Shown here piece by piece: positions 9,837 to 15,370 of a stretch of 30,674 nucleotides of DNA. Where the stretch lies: IMG/VR virus record IMGVR_UViG_3300014656_000094, positions 1-30,674 of that record, one strand, 5' to 3'. Every line of letters begins with the position of its first letter. Position 1 is the first letter of the stretch. The position numbers and the translations under genes are program-made. Below the pieces are notes generated by a model. That model worked only from the letters and a program-made list of their open reading frames with translations. It was not told the DNA's origin and did not search any database. Origin of the DNA: a virus (lineage: Duplodnaviria; Caudoviricetes).

Positions 9837-9919
9837 CCCTAACCTCGTATTCAACCCGACTCAGCACACGCGCTGTCGTCGGAAAGTCTACGGTTGGCGG
9901 GTTAATACGTTCGTTAAAC
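9837..9919 (+). repeat. attC-like site 3 (83 bp)
   Basis: CCCTAAC CTCGT ATTCAACC CGAC...GCG GGTTAAT ACGTTC GTTAAAC. Confidence 0.9.
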
Positions 9920-10096
9920 GGCTTTTACCATTGATTGTAAATATTCAGTATTGCTTTCAGTATATCCTTTTCTTTCATTTTCCCAAGAATAATGCAATAC
10001 TTGAACTCCACCTATTGGCTGCCAGCCCTCTTTTATCATTTTATTTACATTTTCTATCAAATCGTCTATACTATCATATTCTAAAATATCGTACAT
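9914..10096 (-). CDS. DUF1737-like small protein (cassette)
   Basis: VNKMIKEGWQPIGGV motif; GGAGG RBS. Confidence 0.7.
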   Translation of the reverse strand: MYDILEYDSIDDLIENVNKMIKEGWQPIGGVQVLHYSWENERKGYTESNTEYLQSMVKAV

Positions 10097-10112
10097 CTTT
10101 CCTCCAATCGCC

Positions 10113-10242
10113 GTCTAACATAGCAATCAACCCGACCAAAAACGCCCGTCGGTTGCCGGGCAGGCTCTAATTCGTAGCAGTGCGTTGGTTGGTTAAACCT
10201 ACTGGCCGTTGAGTTTTTGGCGGGTTATCGCAGCCGTTAGTT
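10113..10242 (+). repeat. attC-like site 4 (130 bp)
   Basis: GTCTAAC ATAGC AATCAACC CGACCAAAAAC...GTTTTTGGCG GGTTATC GCAGCC GTTAGTT. Confidence 0.9.
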
Positions 10243-10611
10243 GCTAAATCTGTCTGGTAAATATTTTTTGCATAGTCGGTCGATCATTTCTTCGGAGAAG
10301 TAAATATTTAGCGTGAGCAGTCTTATAATAAGTATCATTTTATCAAGCTCAATCTCGGTCATAGTAATAAGACTATCATTGGATATTATATATTTTCCTA
10401 TTTGGATGCTGCTTGGTTCTCTCCACGTAAGAGCCGCAAGCTCAGTCTGGTTATCCCAGTTATATTTAGCATAATGCAAAGAATCTGATGGCATATATCC
10501 AGACAAAGAATCTGTTGTATGTCCAGCTTGTCCCATTACGGACGCAACTAACAAAATTATGCAGCAGACTAAAAACGCGCTGCGTTGAAGAAATCTTTTT
10601 GTTCTGGTCAT
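10237..10611 (-). CDS. Hypothetical exported protein (cassette; starts inside attC 5)
   Basis: AGGAG RBS; basic N-terminus plus hydrophobic h-region ending VMG/Q. Confidence 0.7.
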   Translation of the reverse strand: MTRTKRFLQRSAFLVCCIILLVASVMGQAGHTTDSLSGYMPSDSLHYAKYNWDNQTELAALTWREPSSIQIGKYIISNDSLITMTEIELDKMILIIRLLTLNIYFSEEMIDRLCKKYLPDRFSN

Positions 10612-10672
10612 AATATTATCTCCTAAAGTTTATGTCCACTTGGTTTTTTGCCGCTGATAATCACCGTTATAC
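10546..10672 (+). repeat. attC-like site 5 (127 bp)
   Basis: AACTAAC AAAAT TATGCAGC...GCTGATA ATCACC GTTATAC. Confidence 0.85.
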
Positions 10673-10852
10673 GGCTTTCGGGTGACAAATAGAATCACAT
10701 CCATGCCAGTCCAGGGTGTCTTTAATTGGCCCACCAATAGATTGAATAAATCCCACAATCATTTTTGCAAGGATGAAGTCTGGCATATCACACTCACTTT
10801 CAATACAATGCTTATTGATTAATACGGTTAACTCTTCCTCGAACTCTTTCAT
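10667..10852 (-). CDS. Hypothetical protein MKEFEEEL... (cassette)
   Basis: GGAGGT RBS before the ATG at 10852; stop in the R' box. Confidence 0.75.
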   Translation of the reverse strand: MKEFEEELTVLINKHCIESECDMPDFILAKMIVGFIQSIGGPIKDTLDWHGCDSICHPKAV

Positions 10853-10866
10853 CTTACCTCCTCGCC

Positions 10867-10963
10867 GTCTAACATTATACTCCAACGGAATTTAAACGCG
10901 GCTTGTTAGTTTAATTGTTTAGTTAATCTCAGCGTTTAAATCCGCTGAGTATGCCAGTTGTAC
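10867..10963 (+). repeat. attC-like site 6 (97 bp)
   Basis: GTCTAAC...CGGAATTTAAACGC...GCGTTTAAATCCG...GTTGTAC; identical to site 8 up to the GTT. Confidence 0.9.
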
Positions 10964-10965
10964 GG

Positions 10966-11175
10966 CTAATTGAAACGTTCAATAATAACTGGGGCATTAA
11001 CTATCTCTACAAAGACAGAGTCCCCTTTCATCACATAAAAAATATTGTGTAGCTCGTTTGGGAATTCAAGGGATTTATCAATTATTTCAGTTACGCCATT
11101 AAAATTGTGATTATAAGCAATATAGGATCCATCTTTACAGAGAACCGTTATGCTTTTGATTGCTGGAAATATCAT
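10966..11175 (-). CDS. Hypothetical protein MIFPAIKS... (cassette)
   Basis: GGAGGTAAGG RBS before the ATG at 11175. Confidence 0.7.
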   Translation of the reverse strand: MIFPAIKSITVLCKDGSYIAYNHNFNGVTEIIDKSLEFPNELHNIFYVMKGDSVFVEIVNAPVIIERFN

Positions 11176-11192
11176 ATCCTTACCTCCGTGCC

Positions 11193-11282
11193 GTCCAACA
11201 ATGTGCTGTAACCGACATTGCACGCGGCCCTTTTTCTATGTTAAGTTAATTAAGCAATGCGGCTAAGCACTGCTCGTTAAAC
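11193..11282 (+). repeat. attC-like site 7 (90 bp)
   Basis: GTCCAAC AATGTGCT...CCGACATTGC...GCAATGCGG...AGCAC...GTTAAAC. Confidence 0.85.
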
Positions 11283-11462
11283 GGCTTCTTTTGTAATAGT
11301 GCATCCCTCAGATATGTAGTGAATTGTTCCATCATCTTCTGCGATAATCCAACTATCACCAGTTGCACAAGGAATATTTTTTACAATACCGTGACAAAGT
11401 GTAAATTGAGCATTGTTAAAATTTACGACTACCCTATCGTCTTCTTTTATAAGTTCTCTCAT
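11277..11462 (-). CDS. Hypothetical small beta protein (cassette)
   Basis: GGGAG RBS; stop in the R' box. Confidence 0.7.
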   Translation of the reverse strand: MRELIKEDDRVVVNFNNAQFTLCHGIVKNIPCATGDSWIIAEDDGTIHYISEGCTITKEAV

Positions 11463-11478
11463 CTTATTCTCCCGTGCC

Positions 11479-11575
11479 GTCTAACATTATACTCCAACGG
11501 AATTTAAACGCGGCTTGTTAGTTTAATTGTTTAGTTAATCTCAGCGTTTAAATCCGCTGAGTATGCCAGTTAAAT
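11479..11575 (+). repeat. attC-like site 8 (97 bp)
   Basis: 11476-11571 identical to 10864-10959. Confidence 0.9.
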
Positions 11576-11935
11576 TTGCCCCATAATATTTAACCAATGT
11601 TCTCTTAATGTTTTCGCTTCCCAATTTATTGTTGCTGCAATCCATCTCCAACTTTTACCTTCAGCCAACATCTTTCCAACGTACCCAAGTTTACCCTGTT
11701 GGATAAGCCCAAAAGAAATAGGCAAATCTAACATCGTATTCAACTCAGACCGCAAACGCGGTCTTTCGCCATTATCGTATTTACTTGGTGACCACTTTGG
11801 GTCATTTTGTTTCGGTAACATATATCCTCCTGTTTGCGGCTGGTTAATACGTTCATTAAACTTCACTTCTGGTATTTCTATATATTCTCCGCATAATACA
11901 CACTGTAATTTATCGCCACATTTTGGACATCTCAT
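11570..11935 (-). CDS. In-frame fusion of two cassette ORFs: Zn-ribbon peptide plus an 83-aa protein with its own start at 11821
   Basis: GAGG RBS at 11935 and AGGAGG RBS at 11821; frame runs through attC 9. Confidence 0.65.
   Translation of the reverse strand: MRCPKCGDKLQCVLCGEYIEIPEVKFNERINQPQTGGYMLPKQNDPKWSPSKYDNGERPRLRSELNTMLDLPISFGLIQQGKLGYVGKMLAEGKSWRWIAATINWEAKTLREHWLNIMGQI
11726..11861 (+). repeat. attC-like site 9 with mutated core (ATTAAAC)
   Basis: Right end GGTTAATACGTTC-ATTAAAC versus GGTTAATACGTTC-GTTAAAC in site 3. Confidence 0.85.
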
Positions 11936-11949
11936 AATTACCTCACTTA

Positions 11950-11983
11950 GTTTAACATAATTATTAAGCTGACTAAAAACGCC
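11950..11983 (+). repeat. attC-like site 10, left half only
   Basis: GTTTAAC ATAAT TATTAAGC TGACTAAAAACGCC with no L'/R' partner. Confidence 0.7.
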
Positions 11984-11996
11984 TACGCACGGCTTT

Positions 11997-12146
11997 TTAT
12001 TTTACTATCTCTTGTTTCTTCTCTTTTTTAACATCGGCATCAACTTCGACATTAAACGCGGGTAGTTTTTCGTGGCACATTTCCCCTGCGTGTTCTGCCA
12101 TATCATCATTCGTTCCAGTATAGCCACAATATTTACATTTGTTCAT
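11997..12146 (-). CDS. 49-aa Cys/His peptide MNKCKYCGYTG... (starts inside attC 11; not in ORF track)
   Basis: AAAGGGA RBS; CxxC...H...C pattern. Confidence 0.65.
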   Translation of the reverse strand: MNKCKYCGYTGTNDDMAEHAGEMCHEKLPAFNVEVDADVKKEKKQEIVK

Positions 12147-12182
12147 TATATCCCTTTCTGCGTTTAATGCCAGGCGTTGTAC
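12026..12182 (+). repeat. attC-like site 11 with L' deleted
   Basis: TTTTAAC ATCGG CATCAACT TCGACATTAAACGC...GCGTTTAATG CCAGGC GTTGTAC. Confidence 0.7.
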
Positions 12183-12184
12183 GG

Positions 12185-12385
12185 CTAAAACGGTTGTTCT
12201 TTTTCTAACTGCTCAATAACACCTTTTAAAAACAGAATAAAATCAGATTTACCCATTATTCTATGAGCAAAACACAATCCATATAAAGTTGGGTTATTGG
12301 GAATGTTTGCCATGTGCCCTGCATAATGGCCAGCGCACTGGTCATAAAAAAATTCTGCCGTTGGTTCGTTTACTTTAATATCCAT
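12185..12385 (-). CDS. Hypothetical protein MDIKVNEP... (cassette)
   Basis: AGGAG RBS before the ATG at 12385. Confidence 0.7.
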   Translation of the reverse strand: MDIKVNEPTAEFFYDQCAGHYAGHMANIPNNPTLYGLCFAHRIMGKSDFILFLKGVIEQLEKEQPF

Positions 12386-12400
12386 AACTTCTCCTACGCC

Positions 12401-12494
12401 GTCCAACATCGTTATGCAGTGGAACAAAAACGCGGACGGCTGTTTTTAAGTTTAAATTACGTGGGTTTTTACCCACTGATAACTACCGTTAGTT
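12401..12494 (+). repeat. attC-like site 12 (94 bp)
   Basis: GTCCAAC ATCGT TATGCAGT GG...CC ACTGATA ACTACC GTTAGTT. Confidence 0.9.
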
Positions 12495-12516
12495 GCGCGC
12501 CAACTAATGTTGTACG

Positions 12517-12810
12517 CTATTTACCAGCCGGATATTTTCTTACTTGACTTGGTGTACCATTCCATCTGGCGTTATCATCAGCAAATGATAAATGAGCAAT
12601 TTCCATAATTTCGTACAGCATTCCATATTTCATCATTTCCCGTTTCTGACTTATCCCTGGATGGCCGTTCATTGGCAAATATCTATTGGCAATAGCAAGT
12701 AACCAAGCTACCTGATCGCAACTTATGGCGCGTTCAACATTGTGTTCAACCGGAATTAAAACGCCTCCCGGTTTTTGTTGTTTGGTTTCTTTTTTTAAGT
12801 TATTTTCCAT
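12517..12810 (-). CDS. Hypothetical protein (cassette; starts inside attC 13)
   Basis: AAAGGA RBS in the attC loop. Confidence 0.7.
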   Translation of the reverse strand: MENNLKKETKQQKPGGVLIPVEHNVERAISCDQVAWLLAIANRYLPMNGHPGISQKREMMKYGMLYEIMEIAHLSFADDNARWNGTPSQVRKYPAGK

Positions 12811-12860
12811 ATCATATTCCTTTCATAAAGGTTTTAATCCCGTTAACACCATCGTTATAC
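12732..12860 (+). repeat. attC-like site 13 (129 bp)
   Basis: GTTCAAC ATTGT GTTCAACC GGAATTAAAAC...GTTTTAATCC CGTTAAC ACCATC GTTATAC. Confidence 0.9.
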
Positions 12861-13406
12861 CGTTTTCATAAATGTTACCCAGTGTGTTTTTTGCGCTTTC
12901 CCAGAAGGATGCCCGAATAATGGTTTCTGGTCCGTAAGTTTAAGTATTTCTTTGAGTGGTATGTCGCTTTCGTTCCATTTAAAAATCAATATCCCATCAT
13001 TCTGCAGCACCCTAAAACATTCAGTAAAGCCTTTACGTAAATCTTCGCGCCAGGTATCTTTGTTTAATCTGCCATAGGATTTTGCCATATAGCTATTTTC
13101 ACCCAAAAAAAGATGAGGCGGGTCAAACACAACAAGTTTAAAAGTCTGGTCCGCAATATCCATATTTCTAAAATCCATAATTTTATCTGGTAAACATTTT
13201 CTAATACGTGCATCTTTGCCTTTGCCGACAACCGTAGGCTGCATAACCCGAAGGTCCGCAAAAAGTACATTTGGGTTATTTTTGTCAAACCAAAATTGTC
13301 TACCACCACAGCAGGCATCCAGCACTGGCGGTATAACATCGTGCTGCATTGGACGCGAAACGCGTCCCTTTGCAGACACTTTTTTCTTTATCTTATCTTT
13401 ACTCAT
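12855..13406 (-). CDS. Class I SAM-dependent (probably DNA) methyltransferase (cassette; starts inside attC 14)
   Basis: LDACCGGRQFWFDK, VFDPPH and ECFRVL motifs of a common phage methyltransferase family. Confidence 0.85.
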   Translation of the reverse strand: MSKDKIKKKVSAKGRVSRPMQHDVIPPVLDACCGGRQFWFDKNNPNVLFADLRVMQPTVVGKGKDARIRKCLPDKIMDFRNMDIADQTFKLVVFDPPHLFLGENSYMAKSYGRLNKDTWREDLRKGFTECFRVLQNDGILIFKWNESDIPLKEILKLTDQKPLFGHPSGKAQKTHWVTFMKTV

Positions 13407-13446
13407 AATTTAGTTCCTTTCGCGCCACTGAGCACCAGCGTTAAAT
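13331..13446 (+). repeat. attC-like site 14 (116 bp)
   Basis: GTATAAC ATCGT GCTGCATT GGACGCGAAA...TTTCGCGCC ACTGAGC ACCAGC GTTAAAT. Confidence 0.9.
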
Positions 13447-13447
13447 G

Positions 13448-13735
13448 CTACCATAGCCTTTTACTTGTTACCTCATCCCATTGTGAATTAAGAAATTCAA
13501 CTAAAGTAGGATTACTAAAATCAAGCAGCCAGGCAATAAGCGTAAAAAATACTAAAAAAAACGATACCACAAGAATTGTCAGAAGCAAACCGTTCCAAAA
13601 TCCTAATTTTTCATCTTTTGGATATTTATACCCACAATGTTTACAAGTCTCAATCTTATTTTTCTCTTTGCCACATTCCGGGCAAGTGTCTGGCCCTGTA
13701 TTTCGGGTCACTGGAATTATAATTGGTGTGTTCAT
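13448..13735 (-). CDS. Zn-ribbon plus TM helix protein (cassette)
   Basis: CPECG...CKHCG followed by a hydrophobic helix; AAAGGGA RBS. Confidence 0.75.
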   Translation of the reverse strand: MNTPIIIPVTRNTGPDTCPECGKEKNKIETCKHCGYKYPKDEKLGFWNGLLLTILVVSFFLVFFTLIAWLLDFSNPTLVEFLNSQWDEVTSKRLW

Positions 13736-13752
13736 TTTTAATCCCTTTCTGC

Positions 13753-13811
13753 ATTTAACATAATTATCAAGCCGACCGGAAACGCCCGGCGGCTTATAAT
13801 GGGCGTTATAA
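13753..13811 (+). repeat. attC-like site 15 (59 bp)
   Basis: ATTTAAC ATAAT TATCAAGC CGACCGG...CCGGCG GCTTATA ATGGGC GTTATAA; textbook 59-base-element layout. Confidence 0.95.
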
Positions 13812-13847
13812 TTATGCGTGTTTTTACCGGATGCGCAGCCCCCGGAG

Positions 13848-13934
13848 TTAGACCGTTAATAAAATACTGTCCTTTATTAATAATACCAGGGTCAATAAGA
13901 TTGTTAAATTGGTTATCAAACATAAACGTATCAT
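13848..13934 (-). CDS. 28-aa hydrophobic peptide MIRLCLITNLTILLTLVLLIKDSILLTV (cassette)
   Basis: Strong AGGGAGGTGAT RBS upstream of the ATG. Confidence 0.55.
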   Translation of the reverse strand: MIRLCLITNLTILLTLVLLIKDSILLTV

Positions 13935-13964
13935 TGCCTTTTATCACCTCCCTTCACACGATAA

Positions 13965-14047
13965 TTATAACCTCGTATTGAACCCGACTCAGCACACGCG
14001 CCGGAATCGGGAATTATTTAGTTGGCGGGTTAATACACCCGTTATAT
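13965..14047 (+). repeat. attC-like site 16 (83 bp; same family as site 3)
   Basis: TAACCTCGTATTnAACCCGACTCAGCACACGCG...GTTGGCGGGTTAATAC shared with site 3. Confidence 0.9.
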
Positions 14048-14301
14048 TACTCAACAATCACCTTAGTATTGGCCCTGTTTGCCAGTAAGTACTCTCCACT
14101 GATAATGCCAGCACTTGCCTTTTCATCCCAATATTCGTCGAACGTGCAAGCCTTTACTATTGCCTGCATTTTACCGGCACCGATAATAGCTCTCTTGTAA
14201 CTCCCGTCTTTAACAATATCCTGTGCAATTTCTAAAGCCATTTGTGCCAAGCCTTCTCTTCCTAATATCCTCCCAAATTTTCTGAGTTCTACTATCTTCA
14301 T
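14047..14301 (-). CDS. Hypothetical protein MKIVELRK... (cassette)
   Basis: GGAGGAG RBS before the ATG at 14301. Confidence 0.7.
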   Translation of the reverse strand: MKIVELRKFGRILGREGLAQMALEIAQDIVKDGSYKRAIIGAGKMQAIVKACTFDEYWDEKASAGIISGEYLLANRANTKVIVE

Positions 14302-14313
14302 AACTCCTCCGTA

Positions 14314-14408
14314 ATATAACATCGTAATGCAGTAGAATTAGCACACGGCCTGTTCCTCTGCGTTGTTTAAATCGTGGCTGGCTAATCCACTGATTACCAG
14401 CGTTAGCG
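14314..14408 (+). repeat. attC-like site 17 (95 bp)
   Basis: ATATAAC ATCGT AATGCAGT AGAATTAGC...GCTAATCC ACTGATT ACCAGC GTTAGCG. Confidence 0.9.
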
Positions 14409-14603
14409 GCTTAAATCCTCGAAAGTATATATATTAATAATTCCTTTTTCTTTTAACATTTTTTCCAATCTCTCAAGCCTCGGCTTCGTTTCGTTTTCAT
14501 ATTCCCATATCATATATGCAAGCCTTTTTTTATAAAGTTTCTTATTATAGCCGCTAACAAATCGTTCAACTCTGACGGCAAACGCCGCCAGTTTCTCAGT
14601 CAT
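14403..14603 (-). CDS. Hypothetical protein MTEKLAAF... (cassette; starts inside attC 18)
   Basis: AAGGGA RBS in the loop; stop in the R' box. Confidence 0.7.
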   Translation of the reverse strand: MTEKLAAFAVRVERFVSGYNKKLYKKRLAYMIWEYENETKPRLERLEKMLKEKGIINIYTFEDLSR

Positions 14604-14645
14604 AATCATTCCCTTCTTGCCGCTGCTTAACACGCGGCGTTAAAC
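14552..14645 (+). repeat. attC-like site 18 (94 bp)
   Basis: CGCTAAC AAATC GTTCAACT CTGACGGCAA...TTGCCG...TTAAC...GTTAAAC. Confidence 0.8.
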
Positions 14646-14942
14646 TTCAGCACGGCTTACATCTTTAATTGGCTTTCCACAATCAGGGCAATATTTACCC
14701 GGTATAGCTATAAAATAGCAATCACAATTAGTTTCATAGCCGTCTTTTTTCCCATAGCCATCCAGTAATTCTGTCCATTCACAAACCGCCGTGCTGTCGT
14801 TCGGTGGGCTAAGCCTATTCTCAAGACCCACACTATACGCTTTCCATATCATCTGGTTAAGTTCTCCGCAGGTTTTAGGAATTTTGCTAATGGATAAATG
14901 TGCCACCTCCAGCAGACCCATTTGTTCTTTTGTTAGTTTCAC
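14640..14942 (-). CDS. Hypothetical protein with C-terminal Zn ribbon (cassette)
   Basis: GAGGT RBS, GTG start; CEW...YETNC...YCPDCGKPI. Confidence 0.75.
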   Translation of the reverse strand: MKLTKEQMGLLEVAHLSISKIPKTCGELNQMIWKAYSVGLENRLSPPNDSTAVCEWTELLDGYGKKDGYETNCDCYFIAIPGKYCPDCGKPIKDVSRAEV

Positions 14943-14956
14943 TTACACCTCACTAA

Positions 14957-15037
14957 GTTTAACATCATATTCAAGCGGACGGTCGCACGCGACTCGCCCG
15001 GTAACTATTAGTTGGCCGCTTAATATCCGCATTAAAC
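14957..15037 (+). repeat. attC-like site 19 with mutated core (ATTAAAC)
   Basis: GTTTAAC ATCAT ATTCAAGC GG...CC GCTTAAT ATCCGC ATTAAAC. Confidence 0.85.
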
Positions 15038-15370
15038 GCTCTTGCGTTTTAAATGACAATATGCACCAATAATCTCGTCAAAAGCTTCTGTGCTTAGTTT
15101 ATAAAAGTAGGTGACAATTTTATTTCTTTCTATTTGAAACCCACCCTGCTTGTATTTTTCTATTTCAGATATTTCATTTATTAATTTTTTTGTACAGATC
15201 ATAATTGTGTCATTTTCTAATTTTATATAAAGTCGTCTATTTTTGAGTTTCACCTCTACGCCGTCAGCATATGATATGCGTTTAACATCGTGCTGCATTG
15301 GACGCAAAACACATCCCTCTGGCACGTTACTTTTTTTAAATGGGTCATTATATGTTTCTAAACCTCTCAT
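15032..15370 (-). CDS. Hypothetical protein (cassette; starts inside attC 20)
   Basis: AAAGGA RBS at the loop/right-arm junction; RPMQHDV shared with the 13406 ORF. Confidence 0.7.
   Translation of the reverse strand: MRGLETYNDPFKKSNVPEGCVLRPMQHDVKRISYADGVEVKLKNRRLYIKLENDTIMICTKKLINEISEIEKYKQGGFQIERNKIVTYFYKLSTEAFDEIIGAYCHLKRKSV

Noticed and set aside
9598-10170. 190-aa + strand ORF and other + strand ORFs in the array (8198, 8864, 8943, 11319, 12314, 13216, 13296, 13799, 14791)
   Set aside because: Antisense shadows of minus-strand genes that have RBSs and fit the cassette boundaries.
13738-13947. 69-aa minus ORF from the track
   Set aside because: Its GTG start lies inside the SD sequence and it crosses attC 15; the 28-aa ORF at 13848-13934 fits the RBS better.
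10853-14633. Extended starts at 10885, 11223, 12427, 14322 and 14633
   Set aside because: No RBS at these positions; strong SD sequences precede the downstream ATGs used instead.
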